A stretch of DNA of 62,760 nt, the filler included, from Globobulimina sp. (taxonomy: Eukaryota), in the NCBI GenBank assembly GCA_003354225.1. It is 21 parts of 21 records of this genome, joined end to end, with 100 filler letters (N's around TTAATTAATTAA, not from the genome) between each part and the next. Parts side by side here need not be neighbours in the genome. Positions count along the whole stretch, not along the records: positions 11,982 to 14,876 come from PIVH01004464.1; positions 14,977 to 17,871 come from PIVH01004465.1; positions 17,972 to 20,866 come from PIVH01004466.1; positions 20,967 to 23,861 come from PIVH01004467.1; positions 23,962 to 26,855 come from PIVH01004468.1; 16 more parts are not named here. One strand, 5' to 3'. Made by a program: the position numbers and the translations under genes. How positions within the stretch are numbered: the first letter of the stretch is position 1; each line of letters starts with the position of its first letter. This document shows positions 12,744 through 23,978 of the stretch, one piece after another. The notes beneath the pieces were generated by a model that saw only the letters and a list, made by a program, of their open reading frames with translations, was not told the DNA's origin and made no database searches.

Positions 12744-13994
12744 TTGTTACTTTTCAATGATGCACAACGACGTCGGCGCATGAAACAAACCAAAGATAAA
12801 CAGAAAACACAACAAGAAACAACAAAATCAAAATCATGTACACGAACAAAATCCTTCATTACAAATCACGAATTAGTAAACAAACCGAAAACATCTCAAA
12901 AAGACATGGAGGAAAACTTGGCAATATTGTATACAAACAAACAAAAGTCCAAATCGCAGCATGTGATGCACAATCATAAATTGCTCAAACCACAAACACA
13001 TCGAATCCATAGTAAATCTGGGCCGCCACCTCCCAAACGCAGAAAAAAGCGGACCTTCAAACTATCCGAGCCCACAGACGCCAACACACACAATCACAAA
13101 AAGAAGGCCTCTCGCAATTTCATGGTCCAATACAATATGACTACGCCATCGCGCAATCGCTCCAAATCAAATGAGACACCAACACCGACAGCAACACCCA
13201 CAGCAACGCCAACATTAACGTTTTCAAAGTCGCAAAACACGCTACAAAGTCACAAAAAAAAAACTTCCCACACATTCAAATTAGGCGACGACTCCCACAC
13301 ATTGCCCTTCTCATCGTTCACATCGTCGTTTTCTTCGTACCAATCAAAATTCAATGTGCATAAACCCAAAATCAAGCCGGGCAGCAACCAATTTTTAGTG
13401 AGTGCACAAATGCGGCAAAAACAGGCACAGTTAAAATCAAAACAAGCGGAGCAAAAACTGGAAGATATGGAGGAAAGCAATCAGTATTTCGGTAAGTCGT
13501 TGCATGAAATAAAGAGCATAAAATTGCCAAATTATAGCGGTGAAATACCGTTTGTTTTGATTGAATTGAAGAAGAAATTGCATTGTTGCGACGGATTGAA
13601 GCAACGCAAAATATTCCATATATCTGTGAAAAATAACAGTGCGCATCACCAGATTGCACATTTGATCCGAAGTTTTTTCGTAAAATTACCGGAGAGGTTG
13701 CTTGATAATTTTTTTATGGATATATTGACATATTTGCAGCGCGTAACAGATTTTCGACAGATTGGTGGTATCATTTCGATAATACCGGATCCGAATAAAT
13801 CGATATTATTATGGCTATGGGATTTGTTATCGGACGCAATTGAATATTCGGAGAGTAATAAAATGAGCGTCGAGTCGCTATCGAAATCTATGGCGCCATA
13901 TATGTGTACAAATACAAATAGTAATTATAGGTATTCATTGATATCAATGTTCCAATTTGGTATTCAGTGGAGATTGTATTTAAGACAACATTAA
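12744..13994 (+). CDS. RhoGAP-domain protein with basic disordered N-terminus (start probably ATG 12780)
   Basis: YFGKSL, IPFVL, IAHLIRSFFVKLPERLL and SESNKMSVESLSKSMAP match RhoGAP blocks. Confidence 0.8.
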   Translation: MLLFNDAQRRRRMKQTKDKQKTQQETTKSKSCTRTKSFITNHELVNKPKTSQKDMEENLAILYTNKQKSKSQHVMHNHKLLKPQTHRIHSKSGPPPPKRRKKRTFKLSEPTDANTHNHKKKASRNFMVQYNMTTPSRNRSKSNETPTPTATPTATPTLTFSKSQNTLQSHKKKTSHTFKLGDDSHTLPFSSFTSSFSSYQSKFNVHKPKIKPGSNQFLVSAQMRQKQAQLKSKQAEQKLEDMEESNQYFGKSLHEIKSIKLPNYSGEIPFVLIELKKKLHCCDGLKQRKIFHISVKNNSAHHQIAHLIRSFFVKLPERLLDNFFMDILTYLQRVTDFRQIGGIISIIPDPNKSILLWLWDLLSDAIEYSESNKMSVESLSKSMAPYMCTNTNSNYRYSLISMFQFGIQWRLYLRQH

Positions 13995-14376
13995 TGTTGC
14001 AATGTTACAATGATTCATAATGTAAAACAGATGTGATTTCTTTCGAACATTTTATATTTTCTTTTTTTGTTTTTTTGAGTTGGATTGCAATTTAATTTGT
14101 TTTTAATTTTTAGATGTTTTGTTCTGTATTTGTTACTTGTATTCGCTCGCCATTTTATTCAGTTTCACTCGCTTTATGTTTTAGAATAGCTATCGATGGG
14201 AATTTGTACATTGTTTGAAGCGCAATAAATTCAGATTCAGTGATATTTCGTTCAAATACTGTGCAAAAAGAATTTTCCACCAAAAAGTTTTTTCAAACAC
14301 AAACCTTTTCATCCAAACTTCAATTGCTTCATTACCAAACAAAAAAAAACAGCAACACACCCACCCACCGAACAAC

Positions 14377-14876
14377 ATGATGCATTTCATAGCATTAGCA
14401 ACATTAATAATTGCTGGCAAATCCATGGTGACAACCCATGCACAATGTGGTGGTACATATATCGCGCCAGCCCAAGCATGTTGCAATGATATCAGATATA
14501 GCCCTGCAACCGAATCTTGTTGCAAGTTTAGTAAATAATAACATCCTAAAAAACAAACAGTTTGCAAAATAATTAAACCCAAACCCACATAAAAAAATAT
14601 AGTGGCATTGTAATCACCGGTTCATGCGCCGATGCTGCCGGCATTTCCCAATTCCCATTACCAGCTGGTCCGCGATTAATTATTCGTAGTAATCAAGTAT
14701 ATGCCGTCGATGCTGATGTCGAAGATGTATTCGACGAAGGAGATATTGGAGATGATACAGGGGACGGTTTTGAGGTTGATTTTGATGATGAAGGCGATGA
14801 TGAAGTCGATGATGAAGTCGATGATGGAACCGATGACGATGTGGATGGAGCCGAATCAACCGATGACGATGTGGAT
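14377..14876 (+). CDS. Secreted galaxin-like di-cysteine repeat protein with Asp-rich tail; exons 14377-14525 and 14603->14876, 3'-truncated
   Basis: Removing the 77-nt intron GTTTAG...AATATAG gives MMHFIALATLIIAG...CGGTYIAPAQACCNDIRYSPATESCCNGIVITGSC...DADVEDVFDEGDIGDDTGDGFEVDFDDEGDDEVDDEVDD. Confidence 0.8.
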
Positions 14877-14976
14877 NNNNNNNNNNNNNNNNNNNNNNNN
14901 NNNNNNNNNNNNNNNNNNNNTTAATTAATTAANNNNNNNNNNNNNNNNNNNNNNNNNNNNNNNNNNNNNNNNNNNN

Positions 14977-17601
14977 ATTCAATATAATATCAAATATTTC
15001 AATTCTTTTCATTTCCAACGTATATTCAACACCGAAACTCGAAGGTATTACATTATTGATTACAATCTTTGTCTCTGTAAATATTATTTCATCCTTATAA
15101 TGAATCAAGGCCTCCACCGCTTGCATGGCCCAGCTGTAAACATCACTATTTTGCGCATTTACATATTGTGACAACGCTTCATAGTCGCCGCCCAACCTAA
15201 AAATTAACGTTTTTTTATATGGATAGGCATACAAAGTTGTTGCTGGTTCGGCAGTCGTAGTCGTTACAATTTCATTTGAAATAATATTGAACATTTGCTG
15301 ATTCACCATCAGAATGTCCAGATTCTCCACGTTGTCACCTATAATATCAAAGAGTTCCATTCTATCCGTTTCTAAGTTATACTCAATCACAATGCGGTGA
15401 CCATCCATGGAAAATATGTTTGTGATACGGATCCGTGTGGAGGATATTATTATGTCTGAGAAATGAATCAATTCCTTAATGGCTTCCATAGCCCACAAAT
15501 CATCCACTATCAAAGTATTTGAATTTGTTGTCACCACCGGCGTCAATTCGCAGATAAAGGTTTCTGAATATTGATATATTCGAGCTTTGCTTGGGTTGAA
15601 TGTGGGACTGGAACTTGGTGATTTTGTTGGGTTGAATGTGGGAGAGAAGCTTGGCCATTTTGTTGGGCTCACTGTTGGAGGAATAGTCGGAAATGTTGTT
15701 GGATGGTCAGATGGCTCGACAGTTGGTTGCGTGCTCGGCAATTCAGTGGGATAATCAGTTGGATCTCTGGTTGGATCATAACTGGGTTTGTCCGAGGGTA
15801 CGAAGGTAGGGATTTGCGTGGTTGGTACTGCTGTGCTGGGAGATATTGTGGGTGAAATTGATGGGTTATTTGTAGGGAATGGTGTGGGATTATTGCTGGG
15901 TATGGTTGTCGGAGCAGTGGTGGTGGGATTGGCAGTGGTTGGTGCTGCAGATGGTGGCGTTGAAGGTGACAATGTTGGATTAGTTGTGGTGGGCTCACTG
16001 GTCACTGTACACAAACATTTATCAGTATCAAATACCTCCGTTGCACCGCATGCCAACTCCTGTAAACATTGGCATTGACACGAAATATCATCGAATTGCT
16101 GCAATGCTGTACATATCGGCGTCACTGCACAGCCACACTCACAAAACACATTAAATTGCTGATTCCCGGGACATTGCAGCACTGCATCTGCCTCACCACC
16201 ACATTCACACTGACAACTCTGTGCATTTCGCCTTTGATTCCCCGGACATGGATCCATTGCATTGCCGCAAACATATCCAGGCGTCATACATTGACACGTA
16301 TCCACATCCAATATCTGCGCCAGATTACAGACCGGCGGTGCAATGCATTGACACTCGCAACTGACTGCATTAAACTGTTGGAAAGCTTTGCAAATTGGAG
16401 TAGTACCACACTGACATTCACATAAAATATTAAAGTCCTGCTGGCCAACACATTGCTGCGTATTCTCGCACTCACACTCACAACTCAGAGGATTGCGGGT
16501 TTGTATGCCTCCGGGACACGGAACGCCGATATTGGCACAGGTTTGTGACCCATTATCCTGACAGCTACACGTCTCCGTATCCAATGTCTGCCACTCACCG
16601 CATTGCAACTCGCTGTCACATTGACAGAGACAGGAGGTCGGATTGAACTGTTTTGGCGAAGAGCATGTCGGTGTGATTGGGCATTGGCAGTCACACGAAA
16701 CGTGATTAAATTCTTGCTGCCCGGGACAGGAATCGATGGCACCACGGTCGCACTCACAATTACAAGTTATTTCGTTTCGTTGTTGTGAGCCTGGACAGGG
16801 ATCCAATGTGTCGGTGGCAGCACAGTTGGTGACTGGGGCAGTGGTGGTACATTGACAGGTCATTGCATTGAAGTGTTGCGTGGGTGCACAGCTTGGCATA
16901 GTCGGAGGGCATTGGCAGTGACAGCTGATGGTATTGAATTGTTGCGGTGTGTTGCAGGTCGGAGCAATGGCACAGCCACATTCGCATAATACATTGCTGA
17001 ATATTTGATGGCCGGGACAGCTGTTTGCATTTTGTAATTCTGCATTGCTGCATTGGCAGTGACATGTTGTTGCGTTTCGATGTTGGTTGCCGGGGCATGG
17101 CTCATTGGAGCAAAGTGTTTGTAGCAATTTTCTAGATCTCGGAGGGTCGGGAGCTTTGCTGATCGATTATTTTCATATATATCGATCATATGTGGGGGGA
17201 TTATATAATGGATTTACTTAACAATACACAGTTATTTATATCACACGCAATGTTGACACCTTTTTTTTATGTTTGTTTTTAATTTGGATTTGAAGTTTTT
17301 TGTTTCTTTGGGTTTCTCTTTGTATATTTTTGTGTTACTAAACAGGTTTCATCCCATGCATTATTACAGCATTCTGGTTTCATTTTACATACTTCCATTT
17401 CACAAATCTCGTTGCCACAACCTGGCAAAACCTGTAGTGTTTAGTTCGTAATATACTTATTGTGAGGATATCATATGGAACTTGAAATGGATTGGTAACG
17501 TGTGGTATGTGACAGGTAGCAGTGTCGAGGTGGTTGCCATTTAGTTGATGGATTAGAGAGTATAACAACAGTTTGTATGTTGCTTTCATAACAGTTGCCA
17601 T
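14977..17601 (-). CDS. Secreted CXCXC-repeat (Balbiani-ring-3-like) protein with PT/mucin stalk and two SEA-like repeats; introns 17432-17481, 17260-17343, 17159-17222; 3'-truncated
   Basis: Three GT-AG introns link MATVMK... through PGCGNEICEMEVCKMKPECCNNAWDETC and RKLLQ into the 732-aa ORF, which has 16 C-x-C(-x-C) units and PTxxPS repeats. Confidence 0.85.
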
Positions 17602-18055
17602 GTAACTTACTCCAGAGGTTTTTTAAATAAATAAAGTTTTTTTAATAATGGAAAACAAGCAAGACAACAGACAAAAACAATCATATGAACCAGATTTCAG
17701 TGTATATATGAAAGCAATGACGAATGTGATAAAGCTAAAAATGTGAATGAATGTGAAAGCATTAAACGGATATTGAATGCCCTCAAATATTACCAATTAT
17801 TGAATACAAAGAGTGATGCAATCGGTCAATCGACTTTTATTGATTTTATTGAGAATATTTATAGCCATTACNNNNNNNNNNNNNNNNNNNNNNNNNNNNN
17901 NNNNNNNNNNNNNNNTTAATTAATTAANNNNNNNNNNNNNNNNNNNNNNNNNNNNNNNNNNNNNNNNNNNNTTTTGTGAATATGTTGATGATCAATTTTC
18001 GCGATCGGTTCTCTGCTGGACGCAGAAAAGGTTAATTTTGGTCTGTTGTATTATA

Positions 18056-19389
18056 TTATATCGACATTGAAAACCACAAAGACTTTTGATTTATTTTATT
18101 TTTACACAATGAACGATCATCAAAAGCATTTGTGCTTTTCTTATTATTCACATACAGTTCAATATTATTATTGTTGTTATTTGGTCCATCCTCTAATAAA
18201 ATTGGTATATTCAAACCTTTTACATGCAATTTACTATTTTTTTTTGCTATAATCGGAGGTTTATCGGGCATATAGTTTTCAGATTTAGTTAATCTAATTT
18301 TTGTTTTCGACGATGGCAATGTCTCATTATCACTCAAATCACTATAACATGGCTCCGGACTTACGGATCGCACAACATCTGTATATGACAAAATATTGCC
18401 TTCGCTTTTCGAAATTTTGATCACTGTCGATTTAGCTGGCATTGGTTTTTCATATTTCACTGTTTTTAGTTCTATTGTGGTTACATTTGGTGTTTGTGTT
18501 TTTGTAGCAAAACAACAGCAAAACTGACGCAAAAACACTTTGTTTCGTGCAAAAACGGTGGCGTACACTGCAGATGACACTGACCATAACAATGGGAGGA
18601 AATATATGATGTTTACATCATAAATGACAATAAACAAAGCAAATGAAATAAATTGCAGTATACAACAAATTAACGATATTTTCCTGAATAAATGCATTTG
18701 TCGCAATTGTTGTGTAATTTGAAGATTCGTACTCGAGCGGTAAGAATGGTGGCAACTTTCCAATTGCAATATACATTAAATAGCAAAGTAATACATAAAA
18801 TGAGTGGGAATAGCCAGTAATAATAATGAATTTGTATTGAATACAATATGACAAATAAGATAGAATAAATTGAAAATTTCGAAACAATGGTTTTGGTGGA
18901 AACGATTGTTAAATTTTTGGTTGATTGACGCGTAGAGTAAAATCGATAAAATGAGAAAAAACTCTCCCAAATGTTGCAAATGATAACACCATAAATTAAG
19001 ATGTAATTTAATATGTAAATAATTAGATTGTTTTGTGGAATATGGAGGTTGATATCATTTGGGAATGATTGCAATTGTAGAACCGGAATGGAATGTATAC
19101 CACAGACAAAATTAAGTATATTTGGCGCAGTGAAAGGATCATCACAATAAAATGCGTAATTGATGCATAAAATAGTTATAATAATAATACAGAGCAGGAT
19201 ATTGAATCTGAGATAACCTAAAAATAATATTGGAAAAAAATTGAAATCAGCATCGTCTTTTGGCGACAGCAAACAACAACGGTTCTTAGGTTTGTTGTCT
19301 TTGCATAGATGCGATTTGAAATGACCGATGCGGTGCATCATCGCAACAGATACTAAAATTATGAGGGAGATGCAAGCAAATAAGAACAT
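18056..19389 (-). pseudogene. 7TM GPCR-like membrane protein with a frame break near 18730 (pseudogene or assembly error)
   Basis: Five hydrophobic helices in one frame, then two helices and a cytoplasmic tail in another; no intron I could find restores the frame. Confidence 0.6.
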
Positions 19390-19440
19390 TGTTGGTTTCA
19401 GTCATCAAAAATTAGTAAAGTACCATATGAAAAACAGTCA

Positions 19441-20866
19441 TCAAGATATTATGTAACCAGTTTGATCCTTTTTACGTTTCAAATCCCGCAATGCCAATTT
19501 AGCCAATCCCATGATCCATTTCCATCGAATCGATTTCGACCCTTTGAAATACGCTGCAGCTTCACGCGATGACCGGTGGGGAACATGAAATATAAACAAA
19601 TCATTGGCCACTGTCCAATATGACTTATCAATCCATGCAATGGTCAGCAAATGTACAATTTTGTTCCATCCATACCCTCGGAATCTAGCATCATATCGAT
19701 GCAATCCAACCCTTTTCGTCATTATATACGGTTCATACGATGCCTTATACCGCACTACATACGGTTTGCTTGCATTCAACCACCGACTAAAATTGGTGGG
19801 TGTATGGCATGCCTTACATCGATGGACATGGAACCCGCGCACCGAATCTTCCCCATACAACTTAATTATTTCCTTCTTGGTCAATGGCAACTGACCAATA
19901 TCATTGATCTCCTTTACTGTACGTTCCTCCCTCTCCAGAATCATTTTTTTCCTCCGCCTCCGTTGCTGCAACGTGTACTTCGCATAACTTGATCCAAATT
20001 CAAATGCGGGGATAATCAGAGCTATGTTCACCGACCTGTTTGTCGATCTATTTTTGGCGTTATTCACTGCAATGTCGTATTGTTTACTTGCTTTATCATG
20101 AAAATCAACATTTGGTACGAAATCTCCATCAGTCAATAATACCAGCTCTGTTTTCGCAGTTTGCAATGCCAAATTCCTTTAATATTATGCATGGAATATC
20201 GCATTAAATATTCAATAATGACGTTGTTATTATAATGCAATTCGAATATGCATTGAATTATACATTCGAATGAGTTGAGTGTTTATATTCAACAACGTCA
20301 TGATTGTATATATGCAATATTTGCCTTAAATGATTCACTGGATACATCACCGAATATAGACCAGATTGTTCAGACCGTTTATACAAATAATCAGTCTCAA
20401 ACAGCAACGATATATCCAAAACTGCATCATATTCGCTTTCAACCCGTTCAAATAATTCGAGGATTAATTGTTGTGAATGCAATAAAGATTCCTCTAAACG
20501 GATATAAATACCTACAGAGATAACACCGTTCCAATTCTGTGCAATCAATTCAAGCAAATTCAATCTATCCATAGACGTTTGGGTCACGATGGATATCCGA
20601 ATATTGTCCTATGTAATATGCAAATCCTTGCGCTTGAATCGTGCAGTTTTAATGCATAGAAAATATATTTCAAACTCAACTCGAGGCTTTTTCGAGGTTA
20701 CATAAAGTGGGATTATAGGGTAATTCATGATGTTGTACCTGCATTTTGTAAATTGATTCTTGTCCCCACCGAATGTACTGGCTATTTTAGAGGGAATGTG
20801 CCATTTTATACCGACCAGTCGGCTCCAATCGTCATTGTAATGCGTGAAATTGTTAAAATACATTCC
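19441..20866 (-). CDS. GT49 glycosyltransferase (LARGE/B4GAT1-like), spliced, 5'-truncated
   Basis: Motifs TQTSMDRL..L..IAQNWNGVISVGIY, YPVNHLR|NLAL, LLTDGDFVP, ALIIPAFE, YEPYI, YDARFRGYGWNK and FIFHVPH. Confidence 0.9.
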
Positions 20867-20966
20867 NNNNNNNNNNNNNNNNNNNNNNNNNNNNNNNNNN
20901 NNNNNNNNNNTTAATTAATTAANNNNNNNNNNNNNNNNNNNNNNNNNNNNNNNNNNNNNNNNNNNN

Positions 20967-21252
20967 ACAAACCTTCATATAATGCAACGTATAATGTTCC
21001 CTTGGAATCAAAATCAAAGCCAGTGAGCCATTGGACATCGGCATCTTCGTTGTTCTGTGTTTTAACAATTGTGCCTAAATAATCACCGTGTATGCCATAT
21101 GCAATTAAATCCGATCCTTTGTGACTACAAACAAATATATTTCGGATTTCAAGATAATCCACAATTATTGTCACCACATTCGAGGATAGATTTTCTCCCA
21201 AATCCGATGATTTTACTGATTCAAATATTGCTGTTTCCATGACAAGAGTCAA
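20967..21252 (-). CDS. N-terminal fragment of a probable NHL/beta-propeller protein
   Basis: GFDFDSKGTLYVA resembles an NHL blade; the ORF runs off the contig. Confidence 0.45.
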
Positions 21253-21309
21253 GAGATAAGCTCTGAAGTGTGTTTTTTGGCAGTATTTGATACGTTCCTT
21301 TTACAAGTT

Positions 21310-22175
21310 ATGGCAGAACAAAAAGTAAAACAGTTAAAGTATGCATGATCTATAATATCTTGTTCTAATTCTTATTACAACCAAGACCAAAGCAAGAAGC
21401 CAAAAAAGAGGAAAAAGTTGAAAGTAAATCCGAAGATTATGGAAATTACATTGCATTAAATGCAAACTATGGCGATAACATAGCATTAACATTGTCAAAT
21501 ATCAATGACGATTCATTATTAAATTTACAAACTATTTTATCGATTATTAATAATATAAAAATAAAAGATTCAAAAGTGAAATATTTGTTGTTAGTCCGTC
21601 ACGGCGAAGGACATCATAATGTAAAGAAACACGGAAAGAAACAAAAACATATTAAAGACGCCGAATTGACAGAAACTGGAATTATTGAAGCAAACTCTTT
21701 GTTGGATCGATTCAAATTAATTGAAAAACAAATTGAATTATTAATTATATCTCCACTAAGCAGAGCAATACAGACTGCTCGATATGGCATAATTCCATTG
21801 ATTGAAAATGAGGCGAAAGTTAATAAAATTGTATTGGATTTTTGTCGGGAAAGAATGAATACAAATCCTTGTTGTTCACGACTCAAATTATCAGAAATTA
21901 AAGAGAAATGGAAAGATTTCAATTTCATTTATGAAGGATTTGAAAATGAGGAAGATATTGAGTTTAATCAATATTTGAAAGAAAGAGAGCCATTGCCATT
22001 GTTATGGAAGCGAGCACAGAAATTATTGGATTATATTTGGGAAAGAAAAGAAAATGTTGTTGTCTGCTGCGGTCACGGCGGAATGAACGAAGCTATCACA
22101 AATATTATTGGTGGAACCCAAGAATTATGGACAAACCCTGCGAGTATTATTCCTATTATTTTATCAAAAATGTAA
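21310..22175 (+). CDS. Histidine phosphatase / phosphoglycerate mutase-like protein, one intron (~21339-21386)
   Basis: LVRHGEGHHN, ISPLSRAIQTA, CRE and VVCCGHGG motifs; the upstream ATG exon splices in frame. Confidence 0.9.
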
Positions 22176-22757
22176 ACGTGTTTTCTACACACATTTCATT
22201 CATAATTTAATTGTAATTTCAAATGACATGGATCATGGATGAGTATCAATATCAATACCATCTAAAGTACTAAACAAGTGATTTTTTAGGTTTAAGTCTT
22301 TTACTTCAACCCCATGACGGTAAGTTGTATACATTTTTCTAATTATACTAGAAACGGTTTGAAAATCCAGAACAAAGTCAGAATAAATTTATAATTGAAC
22401 CAAATGTATACAAAGTGGGTTATCCAATGGATATATCGTTGAAGTAAGCCCATAAGTTTATCAATGATATAAAGAAGCAGTATTTATATATCTTCGATTG
22501 TTGTTTACTTCAAATAGAGATCCATATTTTGCAGCTTCTTCTTCAGACTCAGTATACAATAAAAAATCAGAAACTAAATATATAAAAACAAAATGAAATT
22601 GCAGATTTTCTGACAATATTTAATTTCTAAACACAAATTATATTTATATGATGACTCATTTAATAATACTAGCTTTTTAAATAATGGTTGTGATTTACTC
22701 TCCGGTACCAACAAAAAAGGAGGGTTACAAACTATAGTCATCATCATCATTTTGAAA

Positions 22758-23790
22758 CTATTGCTCATTGAACCTCAAAGAAACATTATCTAAATTATCA
22801 AATATTTCTGGTATTATATTATCAAATACATTTAATATTTTCGCCTCATCAATAATTACATCCTTATTATTCACTCCCATACATTTTTCAAATGATTGTT
22901 TGGTTTGACTTAATCCACAATGACTTATATTCAGTGCGAAAGGCGCTTTCCTCGCAATGAATTTGTTATATATGATTTGGCATTGCAGCGATTTATCACT
23001 TCTATGTTTCCAAATGCTTTGATTTAAAGGCAATTCACTCCATGGCATTGATTTTAGCATTTGTACCGAACATATCTTTTTCGCCAAAGAGGTCTGATTA
23101 AACAATGGCAATGGCGAGTATTTAAAACTATATTCACCCATATCCATATCGTCGATATCAGTCATATCACACAATTCTAAGCCTAGACCTAGACCACATA
23201 CAATATCTCCCTCATCCTCTTCATCACCATCCGTATCTATGCATTCACTCCATATATAATCACTATTTTTGTATTTCAGCTTAAATTCAGTTTGATATTT
23301 AAATTGCCACACTTCCACCAAAAATGCCACATTCTGTATACAAACAGGCACAGAAACACAATGATAAAACAGATATAAATATATATGTAACCTCAATGGA
23401 CGAATCTTGAGCAGAAAAAGCGACAAAATTAAAAAACGATGTATTTTGAGATAATATTTGTTTCAGACATAATGGTTTTGCTTTTTTTGATTGATGTATT
23501 AATTGGAATGGTATAAACATACACATTAAGACATTCACAGTTTGCCATAAAAACATAAACAACGCAATAGGTCCATCAATATATTTAATATAATTGTGTT
23601 TATATAAAATGGATAATATTAAAGCAATGCATATAGCAAAAAACCACAATACCCATAAACCAATTAATTCAGATAATAAATTCAAATCATCACTAAATCT
23701 GTTTATTCGACCGGTTGCATACATTTTTAATAATAAATGTCCAAAAAATAGCCATGATATAAACATTGCCAGTTTACATATGAACTGTAT
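22758..23790 (-). CDS. Transmembrane (7TM-type) RGS protein, 5'-truncated; intron ~23335-23390
   Basis: TM helices followed by LKQIL...FFNFVAFSAQDSSIE|NVAFLVEVWQFK, IYNKFIARKAPFALNISH and IFDNLDNVSLRF, which are RGS box motifs. Confidence 0.85.
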
Positions 23791-23978
23791 ACATAAATAT
23801 CATTTAAAAACAAAAAACAAAAACGAGGAAACGTATACACGTACATTTGTATATTGTGTGGNNNNNNNNNNNNNNNNNNNNNNNNNNNNNNNNNNNNNNN
23901 NNNNNTTAATTAATTAANNNNNNNNNNNNNNNNNNNNNNNNNNNNNNNNNNNNNNNNNNNNTAAAATAAAATAAGCTT

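Noticed and set aside
14701-14928. Met-rich ORF (MMKSMMKSMM) in the ORF track
   Set aside because: It is a shifted-frame reading of the GAT-rich poly-Asp exon.
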